Assembly: GCF_001194135.2 (NCBI RefSeq)
Contig: NC_069001.1
Coordinates: 2,808,823 to 2,844,441 of the forward strand
Origin: Octopus bimaculoides
Lineage: Eukaryota
Reading direction: 5' to 3'
Length of the DNA: 35,619 nt
Part shown: positions 21,177 through 32,035 of the stretch, piece by piece
How the letters are laid out: every line of letters starts with the position of its first letter
Position numbering within the stretch: the first letter of the stretch is position 1
Position numbers and translations under genes: made by a program
Notes under the pieces: generated by a model
The model's database searches: none
Told to the model about the DNA's origin: nothing
Seen by the model: only the letters and a program-made list of their open reading frames with translations

Positions 21177-22195
21177 CTCTCTATATATATAAACAAACAC
21201 ACATTTTGTTGTCATTGTGGCAGCATAGAAGAGCCAATGTAAAAACAAACCATAATGATAGGTGTGTGTGTGTATGTGTGTGTGTGTGTGTATGTGTGTG
21301 TGTGTGTGTATGTGTGTGTGTGTGTGTGATTTGTATCCTCATGACCATTTTTACATCTGCTCCTTCATGCTGCCATGAGTTGCATTGGAGTTTTTTTTTC
21401 TTTTAAAGCCAGCGTTTCTATGGCCTGATGCCCTTCCTGGCACCAGTCTTTTTGTTGCCTCTCAAGGTGTACCGGTTCTAAAAACTAGGATGCAGACACC
21501 ATCAAAGTGTAAATTATACTCTATAGATAGCCCAAAGATTATCACAGTTGATAGCATGTGATGAATTTGGTTCNNNNNNNNNNNNNNNNNNNNNNNNNNN
21601 NNNNNNNNNNNNNNNNNNNNNNNNNNNNNNNNNNNNNNNNNNNNNNNNNNNNNNNNNNNNNNNNNNNNNNNNNNNNNNNNNNNNNNNNNNNNNNNNNNNN
21701 NNNNNNNNNNNNNNNNNNNNNNNNNNNNNNNNNNNNNNNNNNNNNNNNNNNNNNNNNNNNNNNNNNNNNNNNNNNNNNNNNNNNNNNNNNNNNNNNNNNN
21801 NNNNNNNNNNNNNNNNNNNNNNNNNNNNNNNNNNNNNNNNNNNNNNNNNNNNNNNNNNNNNNNNNNNNNNNNNNNNNNNNNNNNNNNNNNNNNNNNNNNN
21901 NNNNNNNNNNNNNNNNNNNNNNNNNNNNNNNNNNNNNNNNNNNNNNNNNNNNNNNNNNNNNNNNNNNNNNNNNNNNNNNNNNNNNNNNNNNNNNNNNNNN
22001 NNNNNNNNNNNNNNNNNNNNNNNNNNNNNNNNNNNNNNNNNNNNNNNNNNNNNNNNNNNNNNNNNNNNNNNNNNNNNNNNNNNNNNNNNNNNNNNNNNNN
22101 NNNNNNNNNNNNNNNNNNNNNNNNNNNNNNNNNNNNNNNNNNNNNNNNNNNNNNNNNNNNNNNNNNNNNNNNNNNNNNNNNNNNNNNNNNNNNNN

Positions 22196-22228
<33 letters not shown>

Positions 22229-23413
22229 GTCCCTCTTTTTTTTTTAAAGTTGTTCTCTGTGCCATTTCCTTGGACTCTCTGACCACCAGCACCCCCACCC
22301 ACCCATCTTCCTCTTCTTCCTTCTACTCTGATCGTTGACTACATCCTTCCTGTCCCCCCTCTCTCTCTCTTTCTTTCTCTCTCTCTTGGTTTTCCTCTGT
22401 GACATACCAATACCACTTAGTAAGTTGTAATATTGAGCTGCCACCACCACCACCACCATCATCTCCACCAACTAACTACAACCAACCACTACCATCATCA
22501 CCACCGACACTTCTACTACCGTCTTTTCCGCCACCACCATCACTGGTGACCCCCAACAATGACAACGTCAGCTTCTGTCTGAAGGTGTAAAGCAGAGAGT
22601 TTCTCATCTTCCTGTTGTTGCTGTTCGTTATGTGAGTTTTATTGTTGTTGACGTTGTTGCTGATGTCACAAATTTTCTGAAACTACTGATGCACCACCAC
22701 CAAACAAGAACTATGTTACAAGAGGGACCAAGGAGTCCAACCAACTAGAAACAGCAGCCAAACTCTCCTCAGATCACATCTTACTCTCTTGAAGAAAGAA
22801 AGGATACATTAGATAATATTGTCCGTGGTAGCTAATGACACAGATGAAGAAAAAGTAAGAGAAAATGGTCGTGGATGAATAAAAGTGTCTGCCTATTTGA
22901 TGCTGACCTCATGCTAAATAACAACAGCAACAACATTACGAGAGAGACCCGAAAAGTGAACCTCTTCATGTGTGTTTGTCCAACCAACGAGAAATAGTAG
23001 CCAAACTCTCCTCGAATCACTCCTTACTGTCTTAAAGAAGGAAAGGATATGTTGAGTAATATCATCCAGGGTATCCAATGATAAGGGCCGAAGAAGAAAT
23101 ATGACCAGATGGATTAAAGGGATTGCGTATTTGATACTGGCCTGTGACTAAATAGCAGTAACAACATAAAGAGATGGAAAAATTTTAGAAACAGAAAATA
23201 CCTCACAATATTTAAAAAAAAAAAAAAAAAAATTTGAAAAAAAACAATATAAAAAAAAATATCTCCCTTCCACCTTACTGTGCCAACTGCCCCAGGAGGA
23301 TAGATGGTCTCTTAATGAAATCAACCAATTGGAGCCACTAGACTACAATGAAAATTTGAAGAAAATCCCTTGGGGTNNNNNNNNNNAAATCTTCCAAGAG
23401 GTGGCAGCAGCAG

Positions 23414-23444
<31 letters not shown>

Positions 23445-23522
23445 AATAATACTGCAGAAGCATTTCGGAACTAAAAGTTAATGTTTCCAAAGAAAGGAAA
23501 AAAATATCAGAAAAATTTAAAA

Positions 23523-23563
<41 letters not shown>

Positions 23564-23569
23564 TAATAG

Positions 23570-23780
23570 TTGTTGCTCCGACTGATTTCAGTACAGAGTC
23601 AACAATTTTTGGAGGTTAGTCGAAGCCCTTGATTCAGTGATTGGTGATTTATTTTATCGACTCCTAAAAGGGTGAAAGGGAAAGTTAACCCTGGCTGGAA
23701 TTGAACTTGGAATGTAATGAGCTAGAACAAATATCTGCAAAAGCATTTTATTGTCTGATGCTCTAATGATTCAGCTAACT
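23570..23780 (-). mobile_element. SINE family A, diverged reverse copy
   Basis: tttatcgactcc..aagggtgaaagg..aagttaacc...gaattgaactt.gaatgta. Confidence 0.65.
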
Positions 23781-24472
23781 CAATAATAATAATAATTTTT
23801 AAGAATTAGCAACAAAATACACACTTAATAAGGAAAAACCAAAACAAAGAAAAATTACCAAAATCTTCCTCAGAACCACAAGGATAGTAACAATAATAAA
23901 AAAAAAACGAGAAGTGGACAAAGAAAATTCTGGAACTATCAGAAAGAAAATGTTGAAAAATAAGGAATATTTAAATTTCTTGTGTGGGTGTATGTTTGTG
24001 TGTGTGTGTCACATTGGTTGGTACTTGACAACTAGATGTTAGTGGATCATCCTTTGGCAAACCTACAAGGAAGCAGAAAAAAGTGTCATTCAAACACACA
24101 CACACACACACACACGGTCCTGTCCCCTTTTGAGTTCTCCTTTTCTTTCTACTCCACCCAATCATTTTTGAGGACCTGTTGGTACCTTAGCATCACTGAC
24201 CATATCATAATAACTGTTTGTAATCCACCACTCCACACACGGATCATACCATTAGACCATCAGGTGTGACAGGATGAAGTTTACCATACGACTAGTCTAT
24301 TATGTATTGCTGCACTTTGGTCCTTTACCATTTTCAGGTAGGATTACAATTGTTGTTGCTGTTAACGTTGTTGGTTGATGTTATGATAGTTCTTAGTTGT
24401 AGATGTTGAGGTGGTTGTGATTCTGGTATCTGTAAATTTGGCAGCTCTTAATCAATGCTCTTTCTCTTTTTT

Positions 24473-24504
<32 letters not shown>

Positions 24505-24949
24505 ATTTTCTTTCATACGCATCACCTGTCATCTATGCACCTGTCTAATCTTCCTTCCACACCTGCGATGTACCAATCTGATCTGGAACTATGGCTGCAT
24601 ATAGAATGAAGGCAGAATAAGTAGTGAGGACATGCTGTGTGGGGTTCTGCTTAAGATGTGTTGTGTGGGACCCTGGTGAAGGGCAGTGAAGGTGCATTAT
24701 ATGGAGCCCTGGTGAAGACTCATTGTGTGTGGCCCTAGTGAAGGAATGTTGTGTGGGGCCCTGACAACAACCACAACAATGATGATGATGACAATGTTGA
24801 AAATGGTTATAATGATGATAACAGTGATGGTGATGATGATATGAGGTTGATAGTAGTTGTATTCACCGATTTTTCTCTTCTATAGTATCACCACCACCAC
24901 CACAGATATATGTAATTCATAAACAACCATTTCTCCTTTCTGCCATGCC

Positions 24950-24990
<41 letters not shown>

Positions 24991-26052
24991 ATAGAACCCA
25001 GGCACCAGACCAGTCTTGTCTCTCTCTCTCTCTCTTTCTATATATATGTGTGTGTGTGTGTATGTATATGTNNNNNNNNNNNNNNNNNNNNNNNNNNNNN
25101 NNNNNNNNNNNNNNNNNNNNNNNNNNNNNNNNNNNNNNNNNNNNNNNNNNNNNNNNNNNNNNNNNNNNNNNNNNNNNNNNNNNNNNNNNNNNNNNNNNNN
25201 NNNNNNNNNNNNNNNNNNNNNNNNNNNNNNNNNNNNNNNNNNNNNNNNNNNNNNNNNNNNNNNNNNNNNNNNNNNNNNNNNNNNNNNNNNNNNNNNNNNN
25301 NNNNNNNNNNNNNNNNNNNNNNNNNNNNNNNNNNNNNNNNNNNNNNNNNNNNNNNNNNNNNNNNNNNNNNNNNNNNNNNNNNNNNNNNNNNNNNNNNNNN
25401 NNNNNNNNNNNNNNNNNNNNNNNNNNNNNNNNNNNNNNNNNNNNNNNNNNNNNNNNNNNNNNNNNNNNNNNNNNNNNNNNNNNNNNNNNNNNNNNNNNNN
25501 NNNNNNNNNNNNNNNNNNNNNNNNNNNNNNNNNNNNNNNNNNNNNNNNNNNNNNNNNNNNNNNNNNNNNNNNNNNNNNNNNNNNNNNNNNNNNNNNNNNN
25601 NNNNNNNNNNNNNNNNNNNNNNNNNNNNNNNNNNNNNNNNNNNNNNNNNNNNNNNNNNNNNNNNNNNNNNNNNNNNNNNNNNNNNNNNNNNNNNNNNNNN
25701 NNNNNNNNNNNNNNNNNNNNNNNNNNNNNNNNNNNNNNNNNNNNNNNNNNNNNNNNNNNNNNNNNNNNNNNNNNNNNNNNNNNNNNNNNNNNNNNNNNNN
25801 NNCGGGGAGGGAGGAGTGCCGGGCGGGGAGGGATGGGAGGGGTGCAGGGTAGATGGATGGGTATGATTGGAGACATGGAGTGTGGGGGAGCGAGGGGACA
25901 GAGTTGTCTTCACATTCATACAAGAACACTCTGACATACACTCACATGCGCAAACTTATGCATACACACACACACAAATGCCCATACATGCACACACACA
26001 AATGTTTCAGCTTAAAGTGAGAGGAAGTTGGTATTCAATATATGGTGTAGGG

Positions 26053-26196
26053 CAGTGGTTCCCAACCTTTTAACTACCAAGGACCTCTTTTATTTAAATG
26101 AGTTTTCCCACGGACCCCAGGGTATTGAAAGGTCTGTCAGTTGAACATGTTCATGGACCCCCTGTACTACTTTTGCGGACTACCTGGGAACCACTG
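26053..26196. mobile_element. hAT (Charlie-like) MITE, 144 bp
   Basis: TIRs CAGTGGTTCCC (26053-26063) and GGGAACCACTG (26186-26196). Flanking 8-mers gtgtaggg and gtgcagtg match at 6/8, consistent with a decayed 8-bp TSD. Confidence 0.75.
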
Positions 26197-26771
26197 GTGC
26201 AGTGTTTTATTCCTGTGCTTATTTAAATTTAACTGTATTGTGGCCACCACACACTGATTGGTGCCTTTTGCAAGTGGCTTCTGTGAGTAGATTTAGTAGA
26301 TGGAATTTCAAAGAAGCTCATCAGATGTGTGTGTGTGTGTGCATGGTGGTGGTACTTTGTCTGTGTCTCCCGGTCTTGACAACCTGCAATAGCTACTCTC
26401 ACTCAAGTTGTCCATGGGAGAAATATTGCCTCTCTTGAAAACTGGTAAGGGTTGGTGACAGCAGGAGCTGTAGTGATACTCACACACTGTAGTGATACTC
26501 ACACACTCCTACACATGTGCACACATGGTGTCTCAATCCCATTTCTTTATATATCTATAGAATGAGTGGATAGGGATAAATTATCCAGGTGGATAGTGTA
26601 TGAGCACTCAGTTATAATCCAGGTTTAGGTTAACTGCATTGAGCTAAAACGGAGCACTGAGGATTATTTAAGGTAACGATTACTTAAGGTGAGTAATCCC
26701 ACTATAATTCCTTTGATGAGTAAATTCTGGGTTTGCTTTGCTGGATTATGAATACTTTACTGAATGTGTGT

Positions 26772-26806
<35 letters not shown>

Positions 26807-27039
26807 NNNNNNNNNNNNNNNNNNNNNNNNNNNNNNNNNNNNNNNNNNNNNNNNNNNNNNNNNNNNNNNNNNNNNNNNNNNNNNNNNNNNNNNNNNNNNN
26901 NNNNNNNNNNNNNNNNNNNNNNNNNNNNNNNNNNNNNNNNNNNNNNNNNNNNNNNNNNNNNNNNNNNNNNNNNNNNNNNNNNNNNNNNNNNNNNNNNNNN
27001 NNNNNNNNNNNNNNNNNNNNNNNNNNNNNNNNNNNNNNA

Positions 27040-27255
27040 CATGTGTACCCTTAACATAGTTCTCAGGGAGATTCAGCGTGACACAGAGTGTGACAAGGCT
27101 GGCCCTTTGAAATACAGGTACAACTCATTTTTGCCAGTTGAATGGACTGGAGCATCGTGAAATAAAGTGTCTTGCTCAAGGATACAATGCATCGCCAGGA
27201 ATTGAACTCATGACCTTACGATCATGAGCCGAATGCCCTAACCACTAAGCCACAC
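27040..27255 (-). mobile_element. tRNA-headed SINE (family G); same family at about 34140-34440 (+), related heads at about 27480-27770 and 29060-29300 (-)
   Basis: Reverse complement reads gcttagtggttagggcattcggctcatgatcgtaaggtcatgagttcaattcctggcg (tRNA-like A/B boxes), then ccttgagcaagacacttta. Body gtgtcac.ctgaatct.cctgagaacta is shared with the 34300 region. Confidence 0.8.
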
Positions 27256-27257
27256 AC

Positions 27258-27304
<47 letters not shown>

Positions 27305-28038
27305 AAACAATAGCTTTCTTATGAGCTCAAGTCAATTTCTTATCTTAGCATAGGCTATGGTTGTATAGTGTGCCTTCAGGCTATAACTGTAAGCTTCAGT
27401 TTAGGATATAGTATGATGAATCATGATACACAAAAGTAGTTGTACAACACGTGTGTGTGTGTATGACTGTATTGGCAAGACTATCAGATGTTGTTATACA
27501 CCACTGCTCACAATGCACTTCCTTGCATTGTTGTAGCTTTTGAATGGTGCCACTCAACTGGCAAGTGTGTACAAGTTAACACCATCATCCTCGAATGAGA
27601 GGATGCCAGTCTGTTGCAGGGAGGCCCATTTACAGCTGAGTGGACTGGAGCAATGTGAAATGCAGTATTTCCACTCAAGAACACAATACACCACCACTGG
27701 CCTGGGAATTGAAACCACATTCTTGAGATCATGAGTGCAATACCCTCACTATATATATAGTGCCATGGCTGTAAATAAATGTTACCATGATACTGGTTGC
27801 GTCTTTCGTTTCCTGTATTTTGTAAAAACATGATTGGCCATGGACCAAAATATTGCCTTGCTTACAAACAGTTGGCAGTCAGTGATTACAAAGGCATCGA
27901 ACCATAGAAAACTTTTGGCTCAATGAATTCCCTCTGACTGATGCAAGCATAGAAAAGTGGGCGTTAAAAAAAATTGATGGTGACAGTGATGATGATGATG
28001 ATGATGATGAAAATAATAAAATACTGTTTATTTGGCAG

Positions 28039-28152
28039 GGTTTGATGGAGTCACATGTGCAGAAGACATCAATGAATGTGAATCGAATCCATGCCAGAAC
28101 GGTGCTCATTGTGAAGATGGAAAGAATAACTTCCAATGCCACTGTCTCCCTG
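28039..28152 (+). CDS. Notch: Notch coding exon E (114 nt, phase 1-1): end of EGF12 and EGF13, [37 protein letters not shown]
   Basis: Acceptor tttggcag at 28038; donor G|GTAAGT at 28153. cbEGF consensus DINEC. Frame continuous with exon D. Confidence 0.93.
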
Positions 28153-28279
28153 GTAAGTTATTTTAAATTTGACCCTTTTGTTACCATATTTCTTTTGAGA
28201 AGCCCTATGTTTCTTTCAATTAATTTTGAATATAACAAAGAATTTAGTAAAATAACTTAGTTCTCATTTAGTTCTCATT

Positions 28280-29050
28280 AAGGCGTATGCCAGTCAGCTG
28301 GCAGAATTGTTAGCACACCAGGCAAAATGCTTTGCTGCATTTCATTCATCTTTATGTTCTGAGTTCAAATCCCACTTCGCCATTCGTCATCTTAGGTGAA
28401 ATAAATTCCAGTTGGCCACTGGAATTGATGTCACCGATTTACCCCCTCTTCTAAAATTGCTGGCCTTGTGCCAAAATTTGAAACCATAATTCTTCTTATT
28501 AATCATTATGACAATAGATTGGCAAAACCATTAGAATATCAACAAAGTTTTGCAGTATTTGTCCTGGTCCTTTATGTTCTGAGTTCAAATCCCACCAAAG
28601 CCTACATTGCCTTTCATCCCTCTAAGGTTACTAAAATAACATATACAGTCCTGTACTGGGGCTAATGTAATTGGCTAAGCCTTCCCCTCAAAACTGCCAA
28701 CCTTGTACCTAAATTAAAAACCATTCTTATTTGTTTCTTCTCTCTCTTTCTTTCTCAGGTTTCACTGGTAAGAGGTGTGAAGTGAATATTGATGAATGCA
28801 TCAGCAACCCTTGTACAAACGGCAGGTGTTATGACGAAGCAAATTCATACAGGTGTGAATGTAACAAAGGTAATTATTATTATTATTATATTATTATTGA
28901 GGCAGCAAGCTGGCAGAATTGTTAATGAAATGGGTGAAATGCTTAGTGGTATTTCGCCTGTCACTACGTTCTGAGTTCAATTTCCACCGAGGTTGACTTT
29001 GCCGTTCATCTTTTCAGGGTCGATAAATTAAGTACCAGTTGAATACTGGG
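28280..29050 (+). mobile_element. Three SINE family A copies flanking exon F (about 28280-28490, 28500-28725, 28898-29050)
   Basis: agctggcagaattgtta...gttctgagttcaa.t.cc motifs repeated. Confidence 0.75.
28759..28869 (+). CDS. Notch: Notch coding exon F (111 nt, phase 1-1): EGF14, [36 protein letters not shown]
   Basis: Pyrimidine tract plus CAG at 28758; donor G|GTAATT at 28870. cbEGF pattern. Confidence 0.93.
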
Positions 29051-29461
29051 TTGAGGCACAAGTCTGGGCAAGGTTGCTTATGGAAGATCAGCAGTCACCC
29101 ATGCATACCAGCCTCCCCTCTCCATGCCACTGATGTTATCCATGGGAAAGGCAAAGGGAACGATACAGCTTGGCACCAGTGATGTTGCAACTCATATCTG
29201 GAACAACATGAAGTAAAGTGTCTTGCTCAAGAACACTACACACAGCCCAATCTGGGAATCTCACAATTGTGAACCTGATGCTCTAACCACTGGGCCATAT
29301 ACCTTCACTATGACAACTCTTTAGAGTATACTTTTGCCACCTTGTGGTAATACCTAGAAATATGGTGTGCATACAATAATTATAATTTAACGAGGCCATG
29401 ATCTAATGGTTGAAACCAGTCAAGAAACAATATGAAAATTTCTTTGTTTTTATTTTTCTAG

Positions 29462-29695
29462 GTTACACTGGTATCAACTGTGAAAGGAATGTCAATGACT
29501 GCGAGGGTGTTGTCTGTGGGAACGGAACCTGCAATGATGATATTCATAACTACACCTGTGTATGCTATGCTGGTTACACTGGCCGGCATTGTGAAACAGA
29601 AATCAATGAATGTGACAGTCAGCCTTGCAAACATGGTGGAACGTGCCGCAATGTTGGCAATGGTTACGAGTGTCGCTGCCAGAGTGGTACTTCAG
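29462..29695 (+). CDS. Notch: Notch coding exon G (234 nt, phase 1-1): EGF15-EGF16, YTGINCERNVNDCEGVVCGNGTCNDDIHNYTCVCYAGYTGRHCETEINECDSQPCKHGGTCRNVGNGYECRCQSGTS
   Basis: Acceptor tttttctag at 29461; donor G|GTATGT at 29696. HCET.INEC.SQPC.HGGTC and GTSG match Notch EGF16. Confidence 0.96.
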
Positions 29696-30090
29696 GTATG
29701 TCTGCTATAAATACTATGAATGTGTATGAGTGATACTGGCTGAGTGTTACTTCAGATGTGTCTGTTATAAATTCTACTTATATGAATGTCACCATACCAT
29801 GTAAAAAGCACTGGTGCTGGTGCCATGTGAAAAGCACTGTGTATATGTGAGGACCATTATTTGAGTGACACTTCAGTGTGTTTTTATAAATGCTGTATAT
29901 GTGAGTGTCTGTATCTGAGTGTTACTAATGTTATAAATAATGTACATGTGAGTGTCACTCAGTGACATGTTGAGTGTATTATTATAAATTATATATGAGT
30001 GTTGCTGTCTGTCACACTTGAGATATGTCTGCAATAAATGTTATACGTGTAATACTTGAGGCATGTCTGCTATAAATACTCAATGCATGA
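29682..30090 (+). repeat. Degenerate ~60-bp tandem repeat that includes the 3' end and donor of exon G
   Basis: GAGTGGTACTTCAG|GTATGTCTGCTATAAAT at 29682 recurs as GAGTGTTACTTCAGATGTGTCTGTTATAAAT at 29742, with further decayed units at about 29863, 29917, 30015 and 30053. Confidence 0.8.
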
Positions 30091-30237
30091 GTGACAAATT
30101 ATAATCTTAATTACAAAAACTTATCATGTATAAACATTAAATGCTGTGATTAGTTCTGAGGTTGAGGGTCGGGGTAGACATAGTGAAAATCTATATTGTT
30201 GGTAGAATAAGAAATGGCTATGTATATTATTTATTCC

Positions 30238-30486
30238 AATCAGACTGGTGTCTTCATCTTAATTGTTGTTTCACTACGTTTTGACTGTTGTACACTCCAC
30301 CCTTCTTAAGGTGTCTTGTGTTAAACTCAGTTGTATTGGAACTCCAAACTGAACACTTTATTTGATCCATGGGGGTCCACTGTTCTCCCTGTGGATCAGA
30401 TAAAGGGTTAGGTTCAAAATTCTAATACAACAACCGAAACGCAGTGAAAGCAACAATCAAGACAACGTGAGGACACCAGTTTGATT
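30238..30486. mobile_element. Imperfect fold-back made of inverted Penelope-like terminal repeats with hammerhead remnants
   Basis: Outer arms 30238-30292 and 30426-30486 are near reverse complements. Inner arms at about 30331-30375 and 30387-30430. Confidence 0.65.
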
Positions 30487-30645
30487 GATATAAACAGTAT
30501 ATGTAATATGAATTCCTTGTCTCAAAAATAAAGAATTGTATTATCCGAAGAAATGGGTAGATTAGATTTAGGGAGCTTTTACTTCTGCTAACAAATAAAA
30601 AAAAAACAGTCTATATTTATCTTGAAATTATTTCTGTTTTTAAAG

Positions 30646-30759
30646 GCCGATCCTGTGAGAATAACTACAATGACTGTGCCAGCAACCCATGTCACAACAG
30701 AGCCACATGTGTCGATGGTGTCAACAAATATGAATGCCGCTGTCTTGCTGGTTACACAG
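30646..30759 (+). CDS. Notch: Notch coding exon H (114 nt, phase 1-1): EGF17, RSCENNYNDCASNPCHNRATCVDGVNKYECRCLAGYT
   Basis: Acceptor ttttaaag at 30645; donor G|GTAAGA at 30760. Six-Cys EGF pattern. Confidence 0.94.
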
Positions 30760-31145
30760 GTAAGATGGTATCTTTTGAAATGCCCTAGTTTTTGTGTTTT
30801 TTTTAGATATTATGATAGGCACAGGTATGGCTGTGTGGCAAGAAGTGCAATACAAACCTACTGGATAATGTGAGTGGGTGGAATATAAACCTACCAGATT
30901 CTGTCAATGGTCCATACAATTACGTGATTGTGACAGTAAAACCACCGAGCACTTTAATGCACTATAAACCTTGTTGCTTCTGCTTGCAAACCTGGTCAGT
31001 GACTACAGTAGTGGTTCTTGGGACAAATATTGCTTTCAGTGATGTATCTGCTTTAAGTATGATACACTGGTTGCTGTTTCAAAGTAATACTGCTTCTGTC
31101 ACATGTAACAAATCTCTAATTTGTTTTATTGTCTTTGATCAACAG

Positions 31146-31341
31146 GAAAGGAATGTGAGAGCGATATTAATGAATGTGCATCAAATCCTTGCTTGAATGG
31201 AGGTGAATGCAGCGACATGGAAAATGAATACCGCTGCATATGTCCGCTGGGTTACTATGGCCTCAGGTGCCAGTCTGACGTCAATGAATGTGCCAGCAAC
31301 CCCTGTTCCAATGGAGGGTCTTGTGTCAATGGAGTGAGCAG
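31146..31341 (+). CDS. Notch: Notch coding exon I (196 nt, phase 1-2): EGF18 and first part of EGF19, [64 protein letters not shown](R)
   Basis: Acceptor caacag at 31145; donor AG|GTAAGA at 31342. The phase-2 end is completed in frame by exon J. Confidence 0.95.
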
Positions 31342-31749
31342 GTAAGATATGTTATTCTTTTACTTATTTGAGTCATTTGATTGCGGCCATGCTGGAGCAT
31401 TGCCTTAAAGGGTTTTAGTCGAACAAATTGACCTCAGGACTTATTTTTCAAAGGCTAGTACTTATTCTATCAGACTTTTTTGCTGAACTGCTAGGTTACA
31501 GGGACATAAACACACCAACATCAACTGTCAAGCAATGGTGGGGGGGACAAACACAGACACACAAATATATACATATATATAAGACGGGCTTCTTTCAGTT
31601 TTTGTCTACCAAATCCACTCACAAGGCTGTGGTCAGCCCGAGGCTATATATAGTAGGAGACACTCGCCCAAGGTGCCACGTGGTGAGACTGAACCTGGAA
31701 CCATGTGGTTTGGAAGCACAAGGTCTTTGTTTTGCTAATTACTTGGTGA

Positions 31750-32035
31750 CTCCACCAGTGCTGGTTCTTCTAGTCTACACTGAAAAGTGGTTGGTGTTTG
31801 GAAGGGCATGCAGCTGTAAAAACCATGCCAAAACAGGCCTCACCAGTGCTGTTGCCATGAAAAAAACACTCAATCCACTCTGTGAAGTGATTGGTGTTCA
31901 GAAGAGCATCCAGCCATAAAAACTCTGCCAAAACAGGCAGTGAGGTCTGGTGCTGCCTTCTGCCTAGCCAGCTCTTGTCAGAGCATCTAACCCATGCTGG
32001 CATGGAAAACAGACGTTAAATGATGTGGATGGTGG
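31750..32035 (+). mobile_element. Retroposon family B copy
   Basis: aagtggttgg...ggaagggcatgcagctgta...ctaacccatgctggcatggaaaacagacgttaaatgatg. Confidence 0.75.

Noticed and set aside
26468-26505. Exact 19-bp tandem duplication CTGTAGTGATACTCACACA
   Set aside because: Ordinary slippage or repair duplication with no further structure.
6728-27160. ORFs of 100-350 aa containing X runs
   Set aside because: They are open only because they cross N gaps.
27165-27255. tRNA-like sequence (also heads of SINE families A and C)
   Set aside because: A/B boxes are present but run into SINE bodies repeated across the window; no clean cloverleaf evident. Treated as SINE heads, not tRNA genes.
30870-31196. 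108-aa ORF overlapping exon I
   Set aside because: Intronic read-through ending in the wrong frame of exon I; not a separate gene.
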